Origin: Eledone cirrhosa
Taxonomy: Eukaryota
Length of the DNA: 64,000 bases
NCBI GenBank assembly: GCA_964016885.1
Contig: OZ024742.1
Location: 194,246,001-194,310,000 of the forward strand
Reading direction: 5' to 3'
Shown here in pieces: positions 41,801 through 57,600 of this stretch. The notes beneath the pieces were generated by a model that saw only the letters and a list, made by a program, of their open reading frames with translations, was not told the origin of the DNA and searched no databases. Each line of letters starts with the position of its first letter. Positions within the stretch are counted from its first letter, which is position 1. A program made the translations under genes and the position numbers.

Positions 41801-42241
41801 GCCCGAAACGTCGAAAACGTCGAAACTCTCAAAAGCCTGAACCTAATAAACTACCATTTGTAATGCCTCTTTGTTTTTTGTTCGTGTCTAATATTTAAAT
41901 TTATATATAGTTAGAGAAATCCTTCTCTTAATGCTTACCTGTGTTTTCTCTTTTATATATATACTTTTTCTCAACCTGTTAGTTCTTTCGTTACTTTGGT
42001 ATTGTGTGTTAGATTTTGCCTACCATAATGTTCTATTTGTCAAGCTATTTAAACGTATGTTATTACTCTAAGGACCTGCCTTGTCGAGTGCTTTGCTAAC
42101 TTATTCATATAGTAGGTCGAATTTGCTTGCACACCGCCAAAGATTCGATTTTACTAAGCCTCCAATTGTATATATATATATATATATACAGAGAGAGAGA
42201 GAGAGAAAGGGAGAGAGAGAGAGAGAGAGAGAAAGAGTGTA

Positions 42242-42274
<33 letters not shown>

Positions 42275-42760
42275 GTGAGAGAGTGTCTGTGTGTGTGAGA
42301 GCGAGAGAGATTGAGAGGTGTGTGTGTCTGTTTATATATGTCTGTATACGTATGTAAATCTGTTCGGATTGACTTAAATGGTATCGAAAGATAAATAGCC
42401 GACACTAGCTTATATGATCGACCAAAATCGATTGAAGGTTGTGGCCCATTATCGCTGTAGATTATTGTGTGAACCCAATATCGAAATATTACAGAGAACT
42501 ATAATTCACTGTCCTAGAACAAAATAACATGGAAAACAATTTAGAAGAAGAATTTTTGTCATAATATTCGTTTTCAAACCATAATAGATACTTTCTTAGT
42601 TTCTAAAGTGCATTAATTAATTTAATCATTCCTCTTCATACTTTATATACTTTTGTTGCTAATCATCCAATATCAATAAATTATATTTTCTTCTGAAATT
42701 TAAATAAAATCTAATATACAACATGACGGATGCATAATATACAACATGACGAATGCATAA

Positions 42761-42832
<72 letters not shown>

Positions 42833-42894
42833 GCATTCGTCATGTTGTATATTAGATTTTATCTTTGGATTTTAGTCTTCAAATTTATTATTAT

Positions 42895-42930
<36 letters not shown>

Positions 42931-42934
<4 letters not shown>

Positions 42935-43128
42935 ATGATAATAAATTTGAAGACTAAAATCCAAAGAGGGCTCTATAAGGATAAATATATTATCAAATAT
43001 ATAAGAACCGTATAGAAAATATTTGTTAAAATAACACATTAAAGTTTAAGCAAAGGATCGCCGCTTTCACCCTTAACGGGATCTTAAGGGTGAAAGCAGC
43101 GATGATTTACATAAACTTTAATCTGTTA

Positions 43129-43135
<7 letters not shown>
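42931..43135. mobile_element. family C two-armed insertion (long minus arm with tail, short plus arm)
   Basis: ..gctttcacccttaacgggatc|ttaagggtgaaagcagcg..; the inversion junction falls inside the hammerhead. Confidence 0.8.
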
Positions 43136-43180
<45 letters not shown>

Positions 43181-43425
43181 ATATATATATATATATTGTA
43201 TATATAGAGAGATAGATAGAGAGTGAGAGAGGGGGGGGAGAAGGCGAGAGACTTATAATAGTCGAAGACAGTGTTGCATAAAATATACAAACTGTATTTG
43301 CATATTACAATTGTTTCGATATCGATCAACACAAGGTATAATTAAGGTGAAGCTGTCCGACTCCTTTTCGACATCTCGTCAGTTATGCAAGCTTACACAT
43401 ATCTAACCCCCCCCCCCCCACCCAA

Positions 43426-43474
<49 letters not shown>

Positions 43475-43607
43475 CATGTGTGTGTGGATGTGTGTGTGTG
43501 TGTGTGTAGATCCCTAGTGGTATCGGTTGGTAACCACAGTTAAAAAGAATCTCAATACCTTACTGCTGATTATATATGAATGAACCAATTCTAGTCCCGT
43601 AGAAGTC

Positions 43608-45836
<2,229 letters not shown>

Positions 45837-47040
45837 GGTGTTTGTGTGTGTGTGTGTCTGTGTGTGTATACATCAATAGATATATATTTCCTTAATTGTC
45901 ATTTGGTTTCGCTCCTTTTTTCTGCCTAACAGGTCTGTGTTTTGTCTTATGTCTAGCACACAATGTTATATAAGACCTTTGATAACTTATAACCCAACCA
46001 ACAACGTAATAATGAGAAAATTAGTTACATTACTGAATCCCTCTAAATTCTTGATTATTTCTTGATTATTTTCAACATTCTAAGGAGAGGTTTCACATAC
46101 TCAATCGATTAATCATTATAACTGTTTGACAAGCTGTCGTTCTGTTCTAATGAGCGACGAATAAGTAGATCCTTTAGAATGTTGGATAAAATGCATTGCG
46201 GTATTTATTCCGACTCTCTGCGTTCTGAGTTCAGCTTTGCCTTTCATTCTTTCTAGCTCGATCCAAAATATACCAGACTAATGTTGACGTTGAACCTTCT
46301 ATATTTTTCTATCTCATTTCCTTTGTAATTCTTAATCCCTCTCCCCTTCTATGTAAGAAATCAGCTATGTTCTGACCTTAAGAGCGATGCATTGAGTTAG
46401 GCTTAAAGTGCCCGAGACTTATCGTATATCACTACTGTACCGCTACGAGGGCATAATTAGTTACAAGTCTATGGATATTTACAGTTGCTGATGAAATGTT
46501 ATTATCCTCTTCGTTTAATAGACTAAAAATATTCGCTACTATCTCTATTGTTTCATTGTTTTCAAGTCTTTTCGCTATCATCTCTTCGAATAGAATATAT
46601 CTTTCTACTCTCCTAGTTATGGCTGTAATTCGTACGATATATACTCCACTAAAATGTTAGCAATATGCTTCCGTGTAGTTTTATCTTTATACTATGTCGG
46701 CTTTAGCTACTCTGCGATCTTTTCAATTTCGTTTTTTTTTTTTTTTCAATTTCACGGATCCCAAGATATCTTTACATGTCACCTTCCTTGTTCTCTATTT
46801 AGATTAATCTCAGAAAATGTTCTATACAAAGTCTTATCATGTATTTATCATAGCATTACAATTTCTGGAATGAACTATTATCATTATCATCATCATCATC
46901 ATCATCATTATTATTATTATTTGTTTTTTTTATACGCAGAAATGCCCATTTGCACCGTCCTCTATTGCCATGTACTGTCCTTAATGTCTAATTTGTGTAA
47001 ACCCTTGTGGTTAATAAAGAAATCATTATTATTATTATTA

Positions 47041-47083
<43 letters not shown>

Positions 47084-47091
47084 GTGAATTC

Positions 47092-47243
47092 ACAGTATCG
47101 GTAGAGTGTTGGACGCCATGCTTTACGGTCTGAGTTCAAATCCCGTCGAGGTTAACTTTACCTTCCCCCTTGCGGGGTCGATAAAATAAAGTACCAGTAA
47201 TATACTGGATAATTGCTGGCCTTGTGCCAAAAGTAGAAACAAT
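47092..47243 (+). mobile_element. SINE family A between (TTA)n tracts
   Basis: cagtatcggtagag..gagttcaaatcccgtcgaggttaac..gtagaaacaatt. Confidence 0.85.
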
Positions 47244-47270
47244 TATTATTATTGTTATTATTATTGTTAT

Positions 47271-50200
47271 TTGAGTCTCAGTCATTGATGTTATTTAACT
47301 GGAAAGTTTGTTGAAATGAATATCAAGCCCCTACATGCAGCCTCAGATATTCAGGACGTATCGGAGGTTCTTGCTGTTCGCAGCAAGCATGCCTTTTGAA
47401 GTGTTCCAAAAAGCGGAGCTGGACTAATCTTCTTTAACCATCCTTGGAAACTCTTTGAGATAGTACCTAGAGCGCCTATGACAATCGGGACGACCTTGAA
47501 TTCATGGCAATTCCAAATCCTTTTTTACTCCCACTTTAAATACTGGTATCGGTTAATTTTCTCCCTCTCCTTTTCTTGCACTCTCGTGTCGAATGGGCAG
47601 GCTACATCTACAATCAGGCACGATCCTTTTTCCTTGTCCAAAACCACCAGGTCTGGGCTATTGTCTTCTAATTTCTTGTCCGTCTGTATCCTAAAATCCC
47701 ATAGCAGCTTCACCTAATCGTTTTCTATCACCGACTCTGGCTTTTGCTCATACCACTTCTCAGAGTGTGGTAAATTGTTTACTTTGCATAGGTGCCAGTG
47801 GATCACCCTGCCCATCATGTCATGTCAGCCTTTATAGTGAGTCTGGGCAAGGTGTTTACACTCGGATACAATGCGAGCCACAATCTCCTCTCTCTCTCCA
47901 CAGATCCTACAGAGTGGACTAGCCTCCTCCTTGTAAATATGGTGTTTCACCCACTTCGTCTATCAACATCACTCCTCTTGTGGAACATGTAGATAGTCAT
48001 TAGCTTCCTAATCTTCTTATCCATTTCTTTCTCTTCAGCAACATTCCATCTCAGAATTCCCGCACTGTATCTAATAATAGACACAGCTCGGGAATTTACT
48101 GCACTTGTGGCATTCCTACTATTTAGATGTGATTTTAATACGCTCCTTACTCTACTAATGCACTCAGATCATATCAATTCCTTTATTTTTTTTTGTTCTT
48201 GATGTCATCAGCCTCCAGAACAGCTAAATATTTGTATGCTTCTATAGTGTCAATTTCCTTTATCATCTCACCTGTTGGATTCCGTTGCTACTGCTTAATT
48301 TACCCCTCTTCATCACTTGGACTCCACAATTATTAATACCAAATTGCATACATATATCATTGCTGAAAATACGGACAGTGTCAACAAGCACATCCAACTC
48401 CTTCTCACTCTTGCCAAAGAGTTTAAGATCGTCCATGAAGAGGAGGTGATTGATGGTAAGCTCTCCTTTTACCAACTTGCATCCTGCTCTCACATTTCGC
48501 AGTATAATGGTCAGGGGTATCAGGGCAAGGACAAACAACAGAGGGGACAAACTATCTCCCTGGAAGATACCTCTCTTGATCTTCACGCCTCCCAAGGATT
48601 ATCCACCCGATGTAAACTCTGTTTCCCAGGACTTCATATTTTTGCTCAACAACTGTCTGATGTTATCTGCCACCTTGAAGATCTCTAGGCTTTTGGTTAT
48701 CCAAGAATGAGGTACATTGTCGAATGCCTTTTTGTAGTCTATCCATCCCATGGCAAGACCAGTTTGTCTCCTCTTGCAATTCCTCATTACCATCTTATCA
48801 ATAAGTAACTGGTCCTTTGAACCACGGGACTTCTTTCGGCATCCTTTCTGTTCGTCCGGTAACAAGTTGTTTGTGTGGAGGTGATGGTAAATTTCTTCAG
48901 GCACAATGCTTCTCAACAGTTTCCATATTACGGACAGACATGTGATAGGTCTATAGTTGGTAATATCATTACCCTTGATTCGGTATTTCATTACCAGAAC
49001 TGTGGTACCTTTTGTCAACCACTCTGGAACCTCACCTGACATCAAGCAGTCATTGAACATTGTTGTCAATTTCGAGTGGAGGGATGTTATATTTTTAATC
49101 CAATACTCCTGCACACCATCTTGGCCTGGTGATATCTAGTTGGTTACTTTTTTTGGCCTGCCCCTTAAGATTTTCAACTGTGATACTCAAATCAGTTTGT
49201 TGGTGTGCCTGTTCACTAATCTCCTTTTGTACTGTCTCAATCCACACTGCCTGATCATTATGTTTAACATCCTGTTCCCATATTCCTCTCCAGAATGTCT
49301 TAGTCTGTTCCGCCTCAGGGATCAAGTCGTTGCCTCTTTCTTTCTCCTCAAGCTGTCCAAACAACATCTTGTTGTTGTCAAACTACATGTTTTCTAGTGT
49401 ACCATTCAGTAGGGACTCAAGCTTTACAATGTCATTTCTCATTTCCCTGATTTGACCATTCAGTCGTTTCTTCCACCAAGGTTCTGATCTTTGTTGTTTG
49501 TTGTTTCCTCTCGCTTTTATGCCCAGTAATTTCCTCACCGCGTTTGCTGTTGCTTTGAGGATATTGTTGCATTGGTGAAGGTTCCTCGTCTCAAGGTATG
49601 GGATGACTTTGTTTACCTTAGCTGTTGTTTCTTTTAACTTTTTCCTGTCTACAAATCTTAAGTTCATAGGTTTCCCACTATCATTGTTCATTTCATCTAC
49701 CACTAAGTTTAGGATATCAACCAAATCTTGTCCTAGCCCGTCAGCATTCATTTCTTCAGTGGCCGTATATTTGTTCCAGGTATTATTTATTTCAGCATTC
49801 AGATCATTGTCTGCTTTGGGTGCTTCCTCCGTTCTCTCAACCTCTTCACCTTCATTTCCCACTGGCTCGTTTGCCTGGCATACTCCACTCTCCATTTCCA
49901 ACCTAATCTCTCTGCTCAGTTCCTTCAGTTCCAGCTCGCTTATCCATCCATTAGTTCTTATTACACGAGCCTGTCCGGCCAATTTTTGTTCATCTAATTT
50001 AAATAGACCAAACTCGTTCCAGATGTTATGCATCCGTTTCCTATAGCCTTTTTCATTGGGTTTACTCTTCAGGTAACATTGCATAACAGTTCTATTCAAT
50101 TCTTTCGTCCAGTTGGTTCTGGTCCCTTTCCTTTCTTCCTACCAGCAGTATTTGGATGACAATCAGGTCCCTGCTGCTGGTCCAGGGAGCACCTGCTGGG

Positions 50201-51305
50201 TGGGAGTCTGTCACATGACGTTCAGTCTCCACTTCACCGTTATTCGAACTGTTTAATTCGACATTTAAACACTCATATTGAGGATTGGTGAATGTATGGT
50301 TACATAGCCACCAGTGATTCATCACCCCCAGTGGTTTGATCACCCCCGGTGATTTTAGCGTGGCACTATCAGGCTGTAGACGAACATAAAAAAATAAACA
50401 AATAAATAGTTAAAAACTTTAAAAAATAAACAAAAGTTTCATTGTAATGTTTGAATGTCTGACTTAGTTTTTTTGGTTTGTTTTTTTTTTTTTTCGTTTT
50501 TTTTTCCTTCTCTTTACGGTTTTCGTTGCTGCTGTGCTGTTTTGATTTTAGCTTCATGCGATGTAGGGCTGTTGCGTTCAAAACTTTTGAAATTTGTTTC
50601 AACTTGTTGCTTATCATTATTATTATTATCAGCCAAGGTTAACCTTTCCCTCCATCCCCAAGGGGTCGATAAAACAAAGCACCAGCAATGCACTGGGCAA
50701 TTGCTGGCCCTGCGCCTCAAAAAATAGGAACAATTATAAATATTATATTATACTTTAAGTTTGACATCGTTTAAACTAAACACTTTGAGAGAGTTTTAGA
50801 GATACAGCAGCAATAATGTTGTTGGTGTCGTTGTTGTTGTTGCTTCTGACCGGGTCACCAAATCAGTCTATTTATATCTTTTGTTACCTTCCTCACTTAG
50901 TGGGACTACTACTACTATCCCTCTGTCTTAAGAGGAGGTAGTGGGAGAGAATAATGGTAGCGATAATGATCCAGTGGTGGTGGTGGTGATGTGATAGTAG
51001 TACTGTAGTGATGGTGTTGAGGTAAACATTGGTTTGGCTTGATTTTTGGCGTGTGGTAGTGTTGATGGTGACAGCGGAGGTGGTGGTGTTGGTGGTGAAA
51101 CTACTTGCCTGTTGTTTGTAGCCATGTAGCCAATTTTTTTGTTTTTACTATAACATTTCTGATACAAAATTAAATATTAAATATTGGGGCCCTATGCCAT
51201 AATGTGATGCGTTGTCACTTCATGAGAGTAAAACTGTAATCTTATGTTCTATTTCTAATAAGAATTATTCTATCACAATTGTTTTAAGTACGTAAAAATC
51301 AAAAA
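47271..51305 (-). mobile_element. R4/Dong-type non-LTR retrotransposon copy A, decayed with internal deletions; SINE A in the leader at about 50633-50735
   Basis: ORF fragments homologous to 54739-58131 (YRPITCL, KAFD, FQGDSLSP, FMDD, PDLVV). The 3' end abuts (TTA)n; the leader is homologous to 58130-59160. Confidence 0.9.
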
Positions 51306-52906
51306 CTTACAGTTTCTGTTTCAGTTCTTTATTTGCAGTTACTTTTACCTGCTTTGCTTTTTCTGTGTTTTCCATTTCAGCAGTAAATGGGACTTCTGAA
51401 ATTTGTAGTCCATTACTGTATCTTTGTGCATCTTTTGTAATGGAATATGATCTTTTGATGCTTTCGTGTTTCAAAACGAGTTTGATCATCCAATCATGTG
51501 ATTCCCTTAGATATGTAGATAATCCAATTGTTGCAGTTTTCAACGCAATGTCTAACTGGATTAACCCACGTCCTCCTTCTTTCCTAGGGAGATATATTCT
51601 ATCTATATCTGCCTTAGGGTGATGCATTCTGTGCATGGTTAATTATTTTCGAATTTTGGTATCGAGCCTACGGATCTCTGTGGTTGACCAGTTGATGACA
51701 TTGTAACTGTAGGTTATTACTGGTATGGCAAGCGTGTTTATGGCATCGATCCTATTCCTTGCATTCAATTCCGTTCTTAAGATTGCTCTTACTCTGCGGA
51801 AACATTCCTTCCTTATCCTTTCCTTCATTGTCGAGTGCTTGATTCCGTCTCCTTCACAAACACCTAGATATTTGTAAGTTTTTTCTTGATCAAGTTCTCT
51901 TATCACGTTCCCCCGATCAAGATTAATGTCTGAACTCTTCAGCAGCTTTCCTCTGGTAAACGTTGCTTTGGCGCATTTATCTAGTGCAAACTCCATTTTA
52001 ATGTCATCACTGAACTGCTCCACAGTGGATAATAGCCCTTGCAATTGTTCATCATTTTTTTGCAAATAGTTTCAGGTCATCCATGTAGAACAGGTGGTTA
52101 ATGGTTTTGTCATAGACTTTATATCCATGTTTTCTATCATTGAGCATTTTACTTAATGGTATAAGCGCGATGCAGAATAAAAGCGGTGATAAATAGTCAC
52201 CTATCGAATGCTTTTTTATAATCTATCCAAGCAATCGATAGATTTTTGTGTCTATTATGACAATCTTCCAGTATCATTTTGTTAACCAGAAGCTGATCCT
52301 TACAGCCATATGAGCCTCGTTTACACCCTTTCTGCTTAATGGGAAATAGGTCATTTGTTATCAGGTGGTCATATGTGTATTCAGTTAGGACTGATGTTAA
52401 AATGTTATACATTGTGGTCAAGCAAGTTATCGGTCTGTCATTTTTGGGATTGTTTGTCTCATCATTCTTCGGAAGCAGGAATGTAATGCCGTTAACTAGC
52501 CATGATGGTATCTTTTCTGGCTCCTTAACTATTTCATTGTAAAGATGGGCTAACAGCACATGAGACTCTGTGAAGGCATTTATCCAACAGTTTTGTATTT
52601 TGTCTTTTCCTAGGAATTAACATTTGCTGGTTTTTCTTAGAGCCAAGCGCAACTGTTCAACTGTTATATTTTCCCATATTTGTTCCTCAAGGTGAGCTGT
52701 ATCTTTCATTTGTCTGTCTATCCATGGGGCATGTATGTTATGAACTTTTTCTTCGGCCCAGATCTTTTACCAGAATTCTTGCACTTCCTCCTTGGGTGGT
52801 ATTGATTTAGCAGTTATTGTTGACTTACCAATTTTTCTGTAGAAGTTTCTTTGGTTGTTTTTGAATATATTATTGTCCTTATAGAATCTAGATCGTTTTT
52901 CAAAGC

Positions 52907-52908
<2 letters not shown>
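51306..52908 (-). pseudogene. second R4/Dong-type family, RT region only, frameshifted
   Basis: RPITCLTTMY, QKGC..KDQLL, WIDYKKAFD, YKYLG, RIYLPRKEGGRGL; sequence clearly distinct from copies A-C. Confidence 0.85.
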
Positions 52909-52971
<63 letters not shown>

Positions 52972-54630
52972 GTTCTTTGAGTCTCAGTCATTGATGTTAG
53001 TTAATTGGAAAGTTTGTTGAAATGAATATCAAGCCACTACGTGCAGCCTCAGATATTCAGGACCTATCGGAGGGTTCTTGCTGTTCCCTGCAAGCATGCC
53101 TTTTGAAGCGTTCCAAAAAGCGTGAAGAGGCCAATTTTCTTTAGCCATCGCTGGAAACTTTTTTGAGATAGTACCTAGTGCGCCTATGACAATCGGGACC
53201 ACTTTGACTTCATGGCAGTTCCAAATTCTTTTTAGCTCCCACTTTAAGTCCTGGTATCGATTAATTTTCTCCCTCTCCTTCTATTGCACTCTCGTGTCGA
53301 ATGGGCAGGCCACATCCACAATCAGGCACGATCTTTTTTCTTTGTCCAAAACCACCAGGTCAGGTCTATTGTGTTCCAGTTTCTTGTCCGTCTGTATCCT
53401 AAAATCCACAGCACCTTCAGCTGATCTTTTTCTATCACCGACTCTGGATTATGCTCATACCACTTCTAAGAATGTGGTCAATTGTTTACTTTACATAGGT
53501 GCCAGTGGATCACCCTGCCCATGGCATCATGTCTACAGTCCTTATAGTGAGCCTGGGCTAGGTGTTTACACTCGGATACAATGTGAGCCACAGTCTCCTC
53601 TCTCCACAAATCATGCACAGTGGGCTAGCCTCCTCCTTGTAAATATGGTGTTTCAACCACTTCGTTTTGAGGGCCTGCTCTTGAGCAGCCATTAACATTC
53701 CTTCTGTAGCCTTTTTAAGGTCTCCTCTTTTCAACCAGTTCCATGTCTGTGGATCTCTGAATTTAGTTTTCTCAAAGAAGGTACTATGAAGGGATTTTTC
53801 CTGAAGGCTGCTCTTTCTCCTTGTTGTTATTTCCTCCTTGAACATCCCCTGGTCTATTGTCCTCTCCTTCAGTACAGTTCTGAGCATTGGCTCCTTACAA
53901 TCAGTCACGTATTTGTGTAGGTTGTTTTTCTCCATCTGATCACACTCCTCTATGCTGATAAGACCTCTTCCACCTTCAGCTCTCCTTAAGTAGAGTCTAT
54001 CGACATCACTCCTCTTGTGCAACATGTTGTAGATAGTCAATAGCTTCCTACTCTTCCTATCCATTTCTTTTTGTTCAGCAACATTCCATCTCAGAATTCC
54101 CGCACTGTACCTAATAATAGACACAGCTCGGGAATTTACTGCACGTATGGCATTCCTACTGTTCAGATGTGACTTTAATACGCTCCTTACTCTCCGAATG
54201 TATTCAGTTCTTATCAATTCCTTCATTTTTTTGTTCTTGATGTCATCAGCCTCCAGAACAGCTAAATACTTGTATCCTTCTTCAGTGTCAATTTCCTATA
54301 TCATCTCACTTGTTGGTACCTGGATTCCGTTGCTTCTGCTCAATTTACCCCTCTTCATCACAAGGAATCCACACTTACTAATACCAAATTGCATACATAT
54401 ATCTTTACTGAAAATACGGACAGTGTCAACAAGCACATCCAACTCCTTCTCACTCTTCCCGAAGAGCTTAAGATCGTCCATGAAGAGGAGGTGATTGATG
54501 GTAAGCTCTCCCTTTTCCAACTTGTATCTTGCTCTCACTTTTCGCAGTATAATGGTCAGGGCATCAGGGCAAGGACAAACAACAGAGCGGAGAGACTATC
54601 TCCCTGGAAGATACCTCTCTTGATCTTTAC
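52972..54630 (-). mobile_element. R4/Dong-type copy B, 5'-truncated, (TTA)n on both sides
   Basis: ORF fragments 54296-54538 and 53558-54226; same 3' UTR as copies A and C. Confidence 0.9.
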
Positions 54631-54661
54631 TATTATTATTTTTATTATTATTGTTATTGTT

Positions 54662-57600
54662 ATTCCTTGAATCTCAGTCATTGATGTTGGTTAACTGGAA
54701 AGTCCGTTGGATTGAATATCAAGCCACTACCTGCAGCCTCAGATATTCAGGACGTATCGGAGGGTTCTTGCTGTTCCAAGCAAGCATGCCTTTTGGAGCG
54801 TTCCAAAAAGCGTGAAGGGGCCGATTTTCTTTAACCATCCCTGGAAACCTTTGGAGATAGTCCCCAGTGCGCCTATGACAATCGGGATCACTTTGACTTC
54901 ATGGCAGTTCCAAATCCTTTTCACCTCCCACTTTAGATCCTGGTATCGGTTAATTTTCTCCCTCTCCTCCTCTTGCACTCTCGTGTCGAACGGGCAGGCC
55001 ACATCCACAATCAGGCACGATCTTTTTTCTTTGTCCACAACCACCAGGTCAGGTCTATTGTGTTCCAGTTTTTTGTCCGTCTGTATCCTAAAATCCCACA
55101 GCACCTTCACCTGACTGTTCTCCATCACCGCCTCTGGCCTATGCTCATACCATTTCTCAGAATGTGGTAGATTGTTTACTTTGCACAGGTGCCAGTGGAT
55201 CACCCTGCCCATCACATCGTGTCTCCAGCCCTTATAGTGGGTCTGGGCTAGGTGTTTACACTCGGACACAATGTGAGCCACAGTCTCCTCTCTCTCTCCA
55301 CAGATCCTGCACAGTGGGCTAGCCTCCTCCTTGTAGATATGGTGCTTCAACCACTTCGTTTTGAGGGCCTGCTCCTGCGCAGCCATTAGCATTCCTTCTG
55401 TAGCCTTTTTGAGGTCTCCTCTTCTCAACCAGTTCCATGTCTGTGGATCTCTAAATTCAGTTTTCTCAAAGAAGGTACTATGAAGGGATTTTCCCTTAAG
55501 GCTGCTCTTCCTCCTTGATGTTATTTCCTCCTTGGATATCCCCTGGCCTACTGTCCCCTCCTTCAGTACAGCTCTGAGCATTGGCTCCTTACTATAGGTC
55601 ACGTATTTGTATAGGTTGTTTTTCTCCATCTGAACACAGTCCTCTATGCTGATAAGACCTCTTCCACCCTCAGATCTCCTTAGGTAGAGTCTATCGACAT
55701 CACTCCTCTTGTGGAACATGTTGTAGATAGTGAATAGCTTCCTAGTCTTCCTATCCATTTCTTTTTGTTCAGCAACATTCCATCTCAGAATTCCCGCACT
55801 GTACCTAATAATAGACACAGCTCGGGAATTTACTGCGCTTATGGCATTTCTGCTGTTCAGATGTGACTTCAATACGCTCCTTACTCTCCGAATGTATTCA
55901 GTTCTTAACAATTCCTTCATTTTTTTGTTCTTTATGCCATCAGCCTCCAGAACGCCCAAATACTTGTATCCTTCCTCAGAGTCAATTTCCTTTATCATCT
56001 CACCTGTTGGTATCTGGATCCCGTTACTTCTGCTCAACCTACCCCTCTTCATCACAATGACTCCACATTTACCAATACCAAACTGCATACATATATCACT
56101 GCTGAAAATACGGACAGTGTCAACAAGCACATCCAACTCCTTCTCACTTTTCCCGAAGAGCTTAAGATCGTCCATGAAGAGGAGGTGATTGATGGTAAGC
56201 TCTCCCCTTCCCAACTTGTATCCTGCTCTCACTTTTCGCAGCATAATGGTCAAGGGCATCAGGGCAAGGACAAACAACAGAGGGGACAGGCTATCTCCCT
56301 GGAAGATACCTCTCTTGATCTTCACGCTTCCCAAGGATACTCCAGTTGATGTCAACTCTGTCTCCCAGGACCCCATACTCCTGCCCAGCAACTGTCTGAT
56401 GTTATCTGCCACCCTGAAGACCTCCAGGGTTTTGGTGATCCAGGAATGAGGCACCATGTCAAATGCCTTTCTGTAGTCTATCCATCCCATGGCAAGATCA
56501 GTGTGTCTCCTCCTGCAATTCCCCATTACCATCTTATCAATAAGCAACTGGTCCTTTGTACCACGTGACTTCTTTCGGCATCCTTTCTGTTCGTCCGGTA
56601 ACAAGTTGTTTGTGTGGAGGTGATGGTAGATTTCCTCAGACACAATGCTCGTCAACAGTTTCCACATTACGGGCAGACATGTGATAGGTCTATAGTTGGT
56701 AACATCATTACCCTTGATTCGGTCTTTCATTATCAGAACTGTGGTACCTTTTGTCAACCACTCTGGCACCTCACCCGACACCAAGCAGTCATTGAACATG
56801 GCCGTCAGCTTCGGGTGGAGGGATGTTAAATGTTTAATCCAATACCCCTGCACACCATCTGGGCCTGGTGATTTCCAGTTGGTTAGTTTTTTGGCTTGCC
56901 CCTTAAGAGTTTCAACTGTGATACTCAAATCAGTCTGTTGTTGTGCCTTCTCACCGATCTCCCTCTGTACTGTCTCAATCCACCCTGCCTGGGCATTGTG
57001 TCTAACATCCTGCTCCCATATTCCTCTCCAGAATGTTTTAGCTTGTTCCGCCCCAGGGATCAAGTCGTTGCCTCTTTCTTTCCCCTCAAGCTGTCCAAAC
57101 AGCATCTTCTAGTTGTTGTCGAACATGCGGTTCTGTTTATACTGACTGACTCTGTTCTCGTATCGCCTGATTTTGGCACTCTTTGCTACAATGCGTTGCT
57201 TCAATTCCTCTATGATAATATTTAGCTTTTTACTCCTAGTTTTGTATTTTATTTCCAGTCTATTTTTAGTGCCTATGTTTTTTAGTGTCCCATTCAGTAG
57301 TGACTCAAGCTTTCCTATGTCATTTCTCATTTCCCCGATTTGCCCACTCAGTCGCTTCTTCCACCACGGCTCTGCTCTTTCTTGTCTGTTGTTTCCTCTC
57401 GCTTTTATACCAAGTAGTTTCCTCACCGTATTTGCTGTTGCTTTGAGGATATTGTTGCACTGGTCAAGACTCCTCGCCTCAAGGTATGGGATGACTTTGT
57501 TTACCTTAGCTGTTGTTTCTTTTAACTTTTTCCTGTCTACAAATCTTAGGTTCATAGGTCTCCCACTATCATTGTTCAATTCATCTACCACTAGATTTAG

